Origin: a virus
IMG/VR virus record: IMGVR_UViG_3300020048_003770
Span: 1 to 64,000 of that record
Length of the DNA stretch: 64,000 bases
Direction: 5' to 3' (one strand)
Positions 49,720 to 59,176 of this stretch are shown one piece after another; within the stretch, counting starts at the first letter, position 1; each line of letters opens with the position of its first letter. The notes under the pieces are model-generated. The model was not told where the DNA came from. It did no database searches and saw nothing but the letters and a program-made list of their open reading frames with translations. The position numbers and the translations under genes were made by a program.

Positions 49720-51321
49720 ATGGAAGCACAAACTATGAATGTTGACGCACTGAATGAATATTCTGATGAAAAGAGATTGAGTATCTACAAAATGCTTTCT
49801 GCGGCATGTACCCATTTATATTCAAAGGGTAAGTTGCAGGAAGATAAGTTTATTAAGGTATCGGAAGTGTTTGCTGATTTGGCAGTTAATGATCCTGTTT
49901 TCATGGCTCATTTGACTGCTTATTTGAGCAAGAAAGAATCTAAGGATTTGAAGGTTCTTTCTGTATTCTTCAATTCTTTGAATGATGCGAATGGAACTCC
50001 TTTCTTCAAGGGAGCAAAACAGTGCAAGCCTAACTATAGAGATGTTAGTTATTCCGTATTGCAGCAGTTTGATCCGCATTTGGCGTTGAGAGTATTGACG
50101 CTTGCGCATAAGAAGTTTGGAGTTAAGGGGGTATTGAATGAGGCTAGGCATTTCCCAACTGGATTAAAGACTGCTTTCCGTAAGTATATTGGATATCGTG
50201 AGTCTAATATTGAGTCTTTGCGTGGAATGAAGAAGAGTGGTTTGACAAAGAAGATGCAGCAGATTTATCGTTTGACTCATACAAAGCCTAGTGATAGTGC
50301 CGTTGCTATTCTTCGTTGGAGTCAGAAGGACGGTAGAGATGTACAGATGGAGAATTTGCCAGACTTTGCTAATATGACTTCTAGTGAAATCGCAAGCAAG
50401 TTGGGTGAGATTAAGCTTTCTCCAACGGTTGCTTTGTCAGTTATCCCACAGGAAAAGATTACAGCTAAAGTTGCGGAAGCTCTGTTGAAGGGATGTACCG
50501 GTAATCAGTCTATCATTCTTTATAATTGGTTTGCAAGTAATGGGTTCTTGGACGTTAAGAGCATTAAGTCTCTTTTCAAGGATAAGGTTTCAACTTCCAC
50601 TACCGCTGTGGATAGAATTGATACATTGACTAAGAATGCAGACGAAGAAGACAAGCAGGAAATGGCTGAAATTCGTTCGACTGTTAGAAAGAGAGCGGCA
50701 AAAACATCTGAACTTGGCAAGATTTATGTTCATATTGATGCAAGTGGTTCTATGCAAAACGCAATTCAGTTTGCTATGGATAATGCATCGACTATTGCAG
50801 AATGTGTAACTGAACCATCAAAGAACTTCGGTTGGGGTCTTTTTGCAAATCATGGACGGAAATTGCCAATCCCTACTAATTTTAAGAAGGAAGATTTCTA
50901 CAAGATCCTATATGGTGCTAAGGCGGGTGGTTCAACTGATTGTATTGCTCTATATGAAGATGCTAGGAAGATGGGGGCGGAAGTTGATATTTATATTACT
51001 GATCAAGGTCATAATGTTGGTACGATTTCCAAGAGGATTCTAGATTTTCATGCTAGTCATCCACAGTTTAGTAAGCCAAAAGCTGCTGTTATTATCGATT
51101 TCAGTGGCAATAGGAATGCTCAAATTGTAAATCAGTTGGAAGATGGATTGAAAAAGGCTGGAATTCCAGTTTCAATCATGTATCCTGAAGCTCTTAAGGA
51201 GTCAGCATTAATCTCTCAGAGTGTTGCAACTGCTATTAAGGGCGAATTGACGGTTATTGAAGAAATCTTGGAAACTCCATTGCCATCGCTTCCAAAGTGG
51301 TGGGACAAAGTTAACAAGTAG
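49720..51321 (+). CDS. Ro60/TROVE-like helical domain plus vWA protein
   Basis: DPVFMAHL.AY N-terminal motif, MIDAS DASGS...GGSTD...ITD; adjacent tRNA-like RNAs. Confidence 0.75.
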   Translation: MEAQTMNVDALNEYSDEKRLSIYKMLSAACTHLYSKGKLQEDKFIKVSEVFADLAVNDPVFMAHLTAYLSKKESKDLKVLSVFFNSLNDANGTPFFKGAKQCKPNYRDVSYSVLQQFDPHLALRVLTLAHKKFGVKGVLNEARHFPTGLKTAFRKYIGYRESNIESLRGMKKSGLTKKMQQIYRLTHTKPSDSAVAILRWSQKDGRDVQMENLPDFANMTSSEIASKLGEIKLSPTVALSVIPQEKITAKVAEALLKGCTGNQSIILYNWFASNGFLDVKSIKSLFKDKVSTSTTAVDRIDTLTKNADEEDKQEMAEIRSTVRKRAAKTSELGKIYVHIDASGSMQNAIQFAMDNASTIAECVTEPSKNFGWGLFANHGRKLPIPTNFKKEDFYKILYGAKAGGSTDCIALYEDARKMGAEVDIYITDQGHNVGTISKRILDFHASHPQFSKPKAAVIIDFSGNRNAQIVNQLEDGLKKAGIPVSIMYPEALKESALISQSVATAIKGELTVIEEILETPLPSLPKWWDKVNK

Positions 51322-51333
51322 AAAGTAATAATC

Positions 51334-51900
51334 GTGAATATAATTGATGCTCAAATATGTTATGCGGATACCTCTCTTGGATTTTTGAGAGAGGTATCTT
51401 GCTTTATAACTCCAGAACACGGACTTCTATCTTTGACAACAAATGATAGTGGTGGTTCAGTTGATTTCGGATGGGATAAGATATGGGATACATTACGTTC
51501 TAGTAAAATTAAATCTAGTTGTGTAATAATGATCCATTCACATCCAAATGGAATGCCTACGATGTCTTCAATTGATTTTAATATGGTACAGGGGTGGAGA
51601 TTAGCTTTGGGAGTGCCTATTTATTTCAATATTGTTACGCAAGGTCATGGATGGTTTAGAGGTTGGAATGGCGGATGGAGCTTGGGGAGAGTTTCATCTT
51701 GTAAAGTTGATCGTGATGAAAACAAAAAGATAGTTGTAAATAGTGAAATTTTCCATGAGGTTGAATATTTAAATCGCAGTTATAGAATTTTGTATGAAAT
51801 AATTTATGGACTGTCTAAGTATCCTTTTTTACGTGAAAGTGGTATATTAGAAATTGAAAATTATATCAAGGATTCTTCAATGATGGAGTTTGAATTATGA
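51334..51900 (+). CDS. JAB/MPN+ (JAMM) isopeptidase
   Basis: E...HSHP.G...MSSID. Confidence 0.82.
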   Translation: MNIIDAQICYADTSLGFLREVSCFITPEHGLLSLTTNDSGGSVDFGWDKIWDTLRSSKIKSSCVIMIHSHPNGMPTMSSIDFNMVQGWRLALGVPIYFNIVTQGHGWFRGWNGGWSLGRVSSCKVDRDENKKIVVNSEIFHEVEYLNRSYRILYEIIYGLSKYPFLRESGILEIENYIKDSSMMEFEL

Positions 51901-52208
51901 TAAAATTCCTTTCTAAGCTGATAGAACGTATAAGACGCCCTGTTTATGTGGTTTCAAGCAATGATGACGAAATGGATCGACTTTTATATCAAATCAAAAA
52001 ACAAAGTAGTGAGATAGAAGAGCAAAAGTTAGAGATACAAACTCTAAAAAATCAGTTGTTTTCAAATAGAGTGGAGGTGAATCCTGATTGTAATTCGTTT
52101 GATAATATTATACAAATCAAACTGAGTACGCATGGAGTTGCTGGAAGAGATAGAGAAAAACTTTTAGAACATGTGGTGCATGAATTGGTAAAGAAAGCTG
52201 GTTGGTGA
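51897..52208 (+). CDS. hypothetical coiled-coil protein
   Basis: Overlapping start/stop in operon. Confidence 0.55.
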   Translation: MIKFLSKLIERIRRPVYVVSSNDDEMDRLLYQIKKQSSEIEEQKLEIQTLKNQLFSNRVEVNPDCNSFDNIIQIKLSTHGVAGRDREKLLEHVVHELVKKAGW

Positions 52209-52209
52209 A

Positions 52210-52974
52210 ATGAATGTTTATGGAGTTATTTTAAATGGAATGTGGTATTCTAATCGTTCTGAATTTAGAATGAATGGAATCGCTAACGGCATTTATAGCA
52301 TGAATATGGATGCGGATGATTTTCGTTCAACCATATCTCCCGCCAACATAGATGATGCTCGTAAATTTTTTAGCAAGGCGTCAAAAGTGAAATTAATCAG
52401 AGGTATATCGTTTCATGATGGTATTATCCCTGAAAATCCAATCTCTTACAAGTCTATTCCATTAAAGGTGAATGATTCTACCTATGATGAATTTGAAGAG
52501 ATTGAAGTTGCTCATTTGAAAGATAAGGTTTGTTATTACCTGCAAACAGTGTATACAAATAAATCTTATGCTTTATTGGACGTTAAGACTGCATATGAAG
52601 AGAAAAAGCCTTTAGATGGAGTTAAGGACGTTACTCCAGAGATGAGAATGGTTTATACATTCCATTGCTTTGAAAGAAAACAGGAAGAGATTAGAAAGGC
52701 GGTTTTGGAGCCTGAGCAAATCATTCGGAGATCTATGTCTGAGGGCGGTGCTGAAGTTGAGTATGTCAAGAAGAACAATAGAGGATTTGAAGTTCAGTGG
52801 AGTTCTGGAGGACATACTATCAATACTCAGTTGGATTCTAATTATAGAGTTGTTGAAGCTGGTTTTTGTGTTAGTAATTGGGATGGAACTCAATCTGCTA
52901 GGTCTTTGGTAAATGTATTGGATGATTATGTTGACGGTGGTGATTACATTCATAAAACAAGAACAGTGAGATGA
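52210..52974 (+). CDS. Candidate divergent E2-like conjugating enzyme
   Basis: C-terminal VVEAGFCVS..D....SLV.VL with Cys; operon context only. Confidence 0.45.
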   Translation: MNVYGVILNGMWYSNRSEFRMNGIANGIYSMNMDADDFRSTISPANIDDARKFFSKASKVKLIRGISFHDGIIPENPISYKSIPLKVNDSTYDEFEEIEVAHLKDKVCYYLQTVYTNKSYALLDVKTAYEEKKPLDGVKDVTPEMRMVYTFHCFERKQEEIRKAVLEPEQIIRRSMSEGGAEVEYVKKNNRGFEVQWSSGGHTINTQLDSNYRVVEAGFCVSNWDGTQSARSLVNVLDDYVDGGDYIHKTRTVR

Positions 52975-52977
52975 TAA

Positions 52978-53382
52978 ATGGAAAAGCCCAATAAGATACA
53001 CGATAGCTTCTTTTGCGGAGGGATGTCAAACGAAGAAATTAATGAATTAGTTGGTTTTTTAGATTACAAATATTCTGTTGGGACTATGGTTCTGGTACAT
53101 GGTTCATTTAGTTCCTTTTCGGCTAAAGTGGTTGAACAAACTTATGGTTTTTGGGGAAGTTTTGGGAATATGTTACGTCAAGAATATATTGTTGAGACAG
53201 AGCAAGGAACTTTGGTTAGATATCCTGAGAATTGGTTAGAAACAGAAGAAGAAAGATCTGATAAAAGGTCAAAAATACGTAGGTTAATGGAAAAAGCGAA
53301 AACTCAAAATGATAATGACGTTAAAGAGGCACTTGTTTTTTGGGCGAATGCAATAGATGAAAGAATGTATCCTCAATTTTAG
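52978..53382 (+). CDS. hypothetical protein
   Basis: 134-aa ORF. Confidence 0.55.
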   Translation: MEKPNKIHDSFFCGGMSNEEINELVGFLDYKYSVGTMVLVHGSFSSFSAKVVEQTYGFWGSFGNMLRQEYIVETEQGTLVRYPENWLETEEERSDKRSKIRRLMEKAKTQNDNDVKEALVFWANAIDERMYPQF

Positions 53383-53418
53383 AAAGGATTGTTTTAAAGA
53401 AAATTTGAAAACAGATTA

Positions 53419-53988
53419 ATGAAAATCTATAAAATAGCTCAAGAAAAATCTTATGAAGCCGAGTTTTTATCTACATTTAAACCGCAAAGTTTAGTTGGAT
53501 TGGCTTCTGAGGCATTAAAGTGTGAAAACTTTGAAAACTTTGAATCTGATTATCTTGGGGATATTAAACATGGAACTTATTGGCATGTAACAGATAATCC
53601 TAATTTTGCCATAGATTTATCTAAAGGTTCCAGAGATATGTCGTCTATGGCTGGCGGTGGAGAAAATGCGGGATCTTTAATGGTGACTTCTGATTTAACC
53701 CATTGGGCAAACTATTATGGAGATAGTCGTGGATATGCCGCTGAAATTGATTTAAGCGGGTTGAAACGTGACGAGTATAAGCAAATAAGCAGAGGTTTTG
53801 GAAATGAATTTTATATTAATGATGCATCAAAAGTTAAAGTGAAACAGGTTCTTCCCATTAAAAACGCTTTAAAAATAGATTCATATAGAAATTCAAGAAT
53901 TCCCAACAGCCAAGAGGAATTGAAACGATTTTATAATCAAGTCAACGATAGATATAAACAGTTTGTTGAATCTAAAAATAAATATTGA
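53419..53988 (+). CDS. hypothetical protein, possible ART-like virion protein
   Basis: MKIYKIAQ leader, YWHVT, EFY; AAGGA-N18-GAA motif upstream. Confidence 0.5.
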   Translation: MKIYKIAQEKSYEAEFLSTFKPQSLVGLASEALKCENFENFESDYLGDIKHGTYWHVTDNPNFAIDLSKGSRDMSSMAGGGENAGSLMVTSDLTHWANYYGDSRGYAAEIDLSGLKRDEYKQISRGFGNEFYINDASKVKVKQVLPIKNALKIDSYRNSRIPNSQEELKRFYNQVNDRYKQFVESKNKY

Positions 53989-54058
53989 TTTTTAACTTCA
54001 GATGTTGTATAATATAAACAGTTCAGGACAAGATTTGATCTTTGATCTTTGAGATTAT

Positions 54059-54192
54059 GGGGAAGTAGCCAAATGGAAAGGCACTATTATTCGGAAATAG
54101 CAAACAGCGATTATTACTTAAATTGTTTAATAGCAATTTCTTATCTAAACGCTTACAAACTTTTGGGGGTTCGATTCCCTCCTTCCCCACCA
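54059..54192 (+). ncRNA. tRNA-like/Y-like RNA 1 (about 70-nt module in variable arm)
   Basis: GGGGAAG/CTTCCCC-A-CCA, D arm, T arm, module AGCG...ACTT-stem-CTTAT...CGCT-TACAAAC. Confidence 0.8.
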
Positions 54193-54282
54193 CTTTAAAA
54201 TAATTAAAATAAATATTGATTTTTGAAATAATATTTGTATAATAATGATACGAAACGATTTACTTGATCTTTAATAATTTAT

Positions 54283-54418
54283 GGAGAGGACGCCTAACGG
54301 TAGGGCACTATTCAGTTAAAATAGCAAAAATACAGCGATTATGCCTTCAATTGTTTAACCGCAATTGCTTTATGAACGCTTACAAACATATTAGGTTCGA
54401 CTCCTAAACTCTCCACCA
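54283..54418 (+). ncRNA. tRNA-like/Y-like RNA 2 (paralog of RNA 1)
   Basis: GGAGAG/CTCTCC-A-CCA, same module, different anticodon loop. Confidence 0.8.
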
Positions 54419-54446
54419 CTTTTAATTTAGCGTATGAAATATGACG

Positions 54447-54495
54447 CAAGCCGAACCGAATATGCTCCTTGAGATAGTTAATGGGTTAGGCTTAG
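54447..54495 (+). ncRNA. Candidate small Y-RNA-like stem
   Basis: AAGCCGAACC/GGTTAGGCTT, GCCGAA resembles the bacterial Y RNA Ro-binding motif. Confidence 0.35.
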
Positions 54496-54589
54496 ATAGC
54501 GAAGTTGTAAGGATTATATGCATGTAATTCTTTGAACATGGTCTTAAGTCCAAATGCCTATCTTGAGATTTCTGTTCTTTTATAATTTA

Positions 54590-54707
54590 AAGCGATCCCT
54601 TATGAAATACTTACACGCAAGTTCATTTGGTTGAACAAATCACTATTAATGATTCGGATCTGGTTCAAATCCAGAGCAAAAAATAGTATTGCTAACTTGG
54701 ATCGCTT
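54590..54707 (+). ncRNA. Y-like RNA 3 (terminal stem enclosing a tRNA body with truncated acceptor)
   Basis: AAGCGATCC/GGATCGCTT; internal D, anticodon and T arms. Confidence 0.78.
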
Positions 54708-54730
54708 CTTTTTCTTGTTCTTTTATATTT

Positions 54731-54862
54731 TGACTTGTGGTTTACGAACAATGCCCGACATTTTTTTGTAAACGTAAGCCTTCAACTGCTGCTAAAAACA
54801 AATAACATTACTGTCTCAGGTTCGCAGTAGTCGGCGTAGAGTAGACATTCTCTACCAAGTCA
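54731..54862 (+). ncRNA. Candidate structured ncRNA
   Basis: TGACTTG/CAAGTCA closing stem, CCGAC/GTCGG, ACTGC/GCAGT. Confidence 0.45.
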
Positions 54863-54872
54863 TTTCATTTTC

Positions 54873-55011
54873 CCAACAATCCCTTATTCAATGCTTACAA
54901 ACCGCGAATATAGCTCATTTGGTTAGAGCATTGTCCTTAAAAAACAAACGTAGAGGGTTCAAATCCTTCTATTTGCACCAAAAATAAAGCATTTACAACT
55001 TGGATTGTTGG
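54873..55011 (+). ncRNA. Y-like RNA 4 (terminal stem enclosing full tRNA body 54904-54980, loop TAA)
   Basis: CCAACAATCC/GGATTGTTGG; GCGAATA/TATTTGC-A-CCA inside. Confidence 0.8.
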
Positions 55012-55020
55012 AATTTTTTT

Positions 55021-55053
55021 AAAAAGCGTATTATTAATTTAATACGCTTTTTT
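55021..55053 (+). terminator. Intrinsic terminator closing the ncRNA array
   Basis: AAAAAGCGTATTA/TAATACGCTTTTT. Confidence 0.88.
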
Positions 55054-55120
55054 GTTTTTTATCTTGATTATTGTACTTAATGGAGTATAATATTAAAAAT
55101 AGAAATTAGAAAGGATTAAT

Positions 55121-55420
55121 ATGTATAACGATTATAAAGACCTATGGTTGTCTTTTAACGGAATTTTAGATAATAGTTCTAAGGATTTTCAATATTCTTT
55201 GGATAGTAACAAAAATCCAAAGCCTAGAATGGTAATGGGCTGGAATCATTGTCATAGATGCAGCCGTTCATTTAGTAGATTTTGGTTTTACTCCAAAGAA
55301 CAGTTTGATAAAGAGGTTTCTGAAAATATAAAATGTCCTTGGTGTGACGGAGAAACAAAAGTATTTCATGAGACGGATGAAGAGATAATGCCCCAGTCTG
55401 AATTTGGAGTCGATATATGA
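55121..55420 (+). CDS. Zn-ribbon protein
   Basis: CHRC...CPWC. Confidence 0.6.
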   Translation: MYNDYKDLWLSFNGILDNSSKDFQYSLDSNKNPKPRMVMGWNHCHRCSRSFSRFWFYSKEQFDKEVSENIKCPWCDGETKVFHETDEEIMPQSEFGVDI

Positions 55421-55442
55421 GAACAAAATAGAAAGGATTAAC

Positions 55443-56051
55443 ATGGAAACAAAAATCGAAAACTTTTTAATTTGTGGAATAGGGGCGGCAGGGGCAAATA
55501 TCTTCATGAACTTGCTATATGCCTACCCTAATGCCACATTCACTGTAGTTGATTTTGATAAAGTGGAAGATAGAAATGTCAGTCCAGGAACTCAACCTTA
55601 CACTAAAGCTGATATAAATCGCCCTAAAACGCAAGCCTTGCAGAGAATAGCTCAAATGTTAAAACAAAAAAGAATTGATGCAGCGAATATAAAAATTGCA
55701 TCGAAGTTGGATATAACAGATAGAGTTAAAGACCCAAAAACAACATTGATAATTGATGCTTTCGATAATGCGGAATCTAGGAATCTATTTTTAGAATTAC
55801 CGAAGAAGTATAATGTATTGCATGTTGGATTTAGTGCCTTATTAAGTGGGGAAGCGGCTTGGAATGAGATTTATGAACCAATGACTAAATCAAAGTCGGA
55901 TGGTGAGATTGACGTTTGCGAAATGTCTATAGCTCGCCCTTTCATTATGTCATTAACTGGTATGGCATCTATCGTTATTGCTAATTTCATTGAGAGTGGC
56001 AAGAAAATCAATATGTATTTTGATAAGCATTTGAATGTTAAGAAGTTCTAA
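55443..56051 (+). CDS. ThiF/E1-like adenylating enzyme
   Basis: GIGAAG, DFDKVEDRN, K, DAFDN..SR, DVCE candidate catalytic Cys. Confidence 0.88.
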   Translation: METKIENFLICGIGAAGANIFMNLLYAYPNATFTVVDFDKVEDRNVSPGTQPYTKADINRPKTQALQRIAQMLKQKRIDAANIKIASKLDITDRVKDPKTTLIIDAFDNAESRNLFLELPKKYNVLHVGFSALLSGEAAWNEIYEPMTKSKSDGEIDVCEMSIARPFIMSLTGMASIVIANFIESGKKINMYFDKHLNVKKF

Positions 56052-56064
56052 AGAAAGGATTAAT

Positions 56065-56478
56065 ATGCATTATGGATATTTGGAAGAAGGCGATAAGTGT
56101 CCAGAAAAAGAGTGTAAAGGTATATTGGAATATCCTCATCCTAAGAATTGTTCGTGTCATATAAGTCCGCCGTGTCACGCATGTACTTCTGTCGTTTTGA
56201 CCTGTAATGAGTGTGGATGGGAAGATGAGTCAGAACCAGTTGACTATGTGGCATGTTGTCCGGGACTTTATCTGGTAGTTAACAAACCACAACCATTAGA
56301 TAATACAAAGGTTAGCTATAGATGTGAATTGCATTCTAATTCTTCTATGATAAAGAAGGGCGTTTATCCTGAACATATGAGTTGGGAAGATGTTCGAAAA
56401 GAGGTAGATGGAACATTTGGTGGAAGGTTTGAGTATTTTAATGATGGGAAGTTTAAATTTATAGCATACACTGATTGA
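56065..56478 (+). CDS. Cys-rich hypothetical protein
   Basis: CSCHISPPC..C, GTFGGRF. Confidence 0.6.
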   Translation: MHYGYLEEGDKCPEKECKGILEYPHPKNCSCHISPPCHACTSVVLTCNECGWEDESEPVDYVACCPGLYLVVNKPQPLDNTKVSYRCELHSNSSMIKKGVYPEHMSWEDVRKEVDGTFGGRFEYFNDGKFKFIAYTD

Positions 56479-56488
56479 AAGGAGAATT

Positions 56489-56913
56489 ATGAAAATTAAT
56501 GTTGAAATTGAAAAACTTTATCAGGATTCCGAAATTCCAGAATATAAATCGGATGGAAGAGTAGAATATGATTTGAAGGCGTATGTAAAGACATCGAATA
56601 ATATGCCTTGGAGTTTTTTGTGACAGAGGGGATGAGAAGTGTTCCAATTCCAACAGGATTGAAAATTTCTATACCTGACAATTATTGTGCAGTTATAACA
56701 ACGGGACGTAAATTATTGGAAAATACAACGATTAGAGTTTCTGGTGGGGCTATTATTTTAAATGGAAGTTACAATGACGAGTTAGCCATTTATATTGATA
56801 ATATTGGCGAATGCGAAAGAGATGACGTATCGATTAAACACGGTGACGTTATTGCACAATTAACATTTCTCCCATATCATATCGCTAAATTTATAGTTAA
56901 AGGAGAATTATGA
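56489..56913 (+). pseudogene. Degenerate dUTPase-like gene with -1 frameshift
   Basis: N-part ...IPEY..DG..YDLKA stops after TTTTTTG; -1 frame continues IPTGL.I.IP...GD.IAQL. Confidence 0.65.
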
Positions 56914-57161
56914 TAATTAATACGCAACTATGACTTGATGAATGCGCTTCAAAATTTTTGGGTAAAACGGTATTCTTTTTAGATTCATTTGGTTTGCCGT
57001 GTAAAGGCGTCGTATCTAATTATGATGCTCGCCAGTTATTCGTTGGGAAGAATCGCAGCTTGATTTATGGGCAATCTGAATTCTTTTTTTCAATAGAAGA
57101 ATTGTGTAAGTGGGTTAAAGATAATGTTAGAGAAGTATAAAGCTGATTGAAAGGTAAAATA

Positions 57162-57947
57162 ATGAGCGATTTAAACATAAGCTCTCTAGAAACATATAAT
57201 CGAAGAATGTCCACCAGCCTAATCGACAAGATATTCTTCCTAGATAAGGTCAATGTCAAAAACTTTTTAGATTTTGGATGTGCGAATGGAGAATTACTAT
57301 CTTTTATGGTTACTATTGTTGATGGTGACGTTCATCTGATCGGATATGATAAATATCCTGAAATGATAAAACTAGCCAAAAATAGATTGGGCGGATTAAA
57401 AAGCGTTACTTTAAGTGATTCATTTGAAGAATTAGAAAAAATCGACTTTAGCGAAACTTGTTTGGTTCTAAGTTCTGTTTTGCATGAGATTTACCATTAT
57501 GGAACTCCAAAAGATATAGAAGATTTTTGGGAAATGGTATGGAAGTCGAATTTCAAGAATATTGTCATTAGAGATACAATTCCCTCATCGACTATTGAAA
57601 GGTTATCTCATGTAAATGATATCCGTTCAGTTATGACTCATGATTTGTTGCATAGATGTCTGTTAAGAGACTTTGAGGATAATTTCGGCAGTATATCTAG
57701 TAATAAGAACTTAATCCATCTATTGCTTAAATATCAATATATCGAGCCAAATTGGAAGCGAGAAGTCAAGGAGAACTATTTTCCTATATATTATGAGAAT
57801 TTACTTAGGTTAATCCCTTCCAAATATGAAACTATATATAGCAATCATTATGTGTTGCCTTATTTTTATCGTCATATTAAGAATGAGTTTGGAATAACGA
57901 TAAAAGACAATACGCATTTACAATTGATACTTGAAAGGACAACATGA
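57162..57947 (+). CDS. Class I SAM-dependent methyltransferase
   Basis: LDFGCANG, LSSVLHEIY, IVIRD. Confidence 0.85.
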   Translation: MSDLNISSLETYNRRMSTSLIDKIFFLDKVNVKNFLDFGCANGELLSFMVTIVDGDVHLIGYDKYPEMIKLAKNRLGGLKSVTLSDSFEELEKIDFSETCLVLSSVLHEIYHYGTPKDIEDFWEMVWKSNFKNIVIRDTIPSSTIERLSHVNDIRSVMTHDLLHRCLLRDFEDNFGSISSNKNLIHLLLKYQYIEPNWKREVKENYFPIYYENLLRLIPSKYETIYSNHYVLPYFYRHIKNEFGITIKDNTHLQLILERTT

Positions 57948-58244
57948 TTGAAGAATTAGCAGAAATTAAATCGGAATTAGCGAAAATTAATAACGATCCA
58001 GATGTGATGTTTTTAGAATGTCATTGTTTTGAGATTGAAAACATTAAAACTATAGGGCGGAAAGCCGAACAGTGCAAGAAATGTCCTGCTTATATTAGTT
58101 TTGCTTCACAATATCCAAAGCACTTCCCCAATTATTATTAAAGCGGAATTGACAAAGCCACTATTTAAAATTGCAAAAGGAATCTGTTTCACTTTTTACG
58201 AATTAGTAATCTGTTCAATTTTTAACTAGCATAAAGGAGAATAG

Positions 58245-58640
58245 ATGAAAATAGTAAAGACAGCATCAGGCAAACAAACAATAAAGATTTCCAAAAAAGA
58301 ATGGACATCTCTTGGTAAAAAAGCTGGTTGGATAAAAACGGCGACATCCAGTAGAGAAAAAGTGATGCATGATTTGAGATCTATCCTTGGCGATAAGGCT
58401 TTTATTAGACCAACTGAAGAATTTGATGGGACTCCAGACGGGATATGGTTCTCAAATGAAGAAGATGGTATTGACGGACTTCCAACATTTGATACCAATG
58501 GAGAAACGGAGATGCTCGCTAATTTCGGTATAGAAGCATATCCATATCAAGCTCACCCTAAACTCGAAGCTCTAATGAATAGTCATAATTGGTATATTGA
58601 ACCATATGACGGTGGAACATTAATGGCTTGGACAAGATAA
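58245..58640 (+). CDS. KTA/AGW-leader protein 1
   Basis: MKIVKTASGKQTIKISKKEWTSLGKKAGWIKTA. Confidence 0.75.
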   Translation: MKIVKTASGKQTIKISKKEWTSLGKKAGWIKTATSSREKVMHDLRSILGDKAFIRPTEEFDGTPDGIWFSNEEDGIDGLPTFDTNGETEMLANFGIEAYPYQAHPKLEALMNSHNWYIEPYDGGTLMAWTR

Positions 58641-58655
58641 ATTCAAGGAGAATAT

Positions 58656-59174
58656 ATGAGAGTTACAAAAACAGCAAATAAATCAAAAATCACTTTGTCT
58701 CAAAAAGAATGGCAAAACATAGGTCAGAAAGCAGGATGGATGAAAACTGCTCAATTTGGTAGTGGAATGGAAACTGTCGAAATAGGTAGCACTCCAAACG
58801 ACGAACCATGCGCTCAAGTTGGATCAGATAACTATAGGCAACTAGCTCAAATGGAAATAAAAGCATTTGCAAAACAATGTCAAAGAATGTTCCCGAATAA
58901 GCCACAAGGTGCTAGATTCGTAGTAACTAATAACCCACACGATTTTGGTACTTATTATGAGTTAGGAGTAAAATTTAGAACGGATGATGAAGAAGCTGAA
59001 AATTATGCTTATGAAGTTCAAAATAGCATGCCTTCTAATTGGGATGATCAAGCGAGAGCAGAATTAGAACAACAAGGGTATTTTCAATTGTTAGATGGCA
59101 ATAAAGAAAATGATTCTGAGATGCCAGGTTTTGAAGGCACTAATGATTCTCTCAATAATTTAGGAATACGATAA
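58656..59174 (+). CDS. KTA/AGW-leader protein 2
   Basis: Same leader; P..E.CAQVG, HDFGTYYE domain. Confidence 0.75.
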   Translation: MRVTKTANKSKITLSQKEWQNIGQKAGWMKTAQFGSGMETVEIGSTPNDEPCAQVGSDNYRQLAQMEIKAFAKQCQRMFPNKPQGARFVVTNNPHDFGTYYELGVKFRTDDEEAENYAYEVQNSMPSNWDDQARAELEQQGYFQLLDGNKENDSEMPGFEGTNDSLNNLGIR

Positions 59175-59176
59175 TT

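Noticed and set aside
54059-55011. Ordinary tRNA-Arg/Asn/Leu genes or intron-containing tRNAs
   Set aside because: Non-canonical loops, shared extra module, no intron core and no matching leader.
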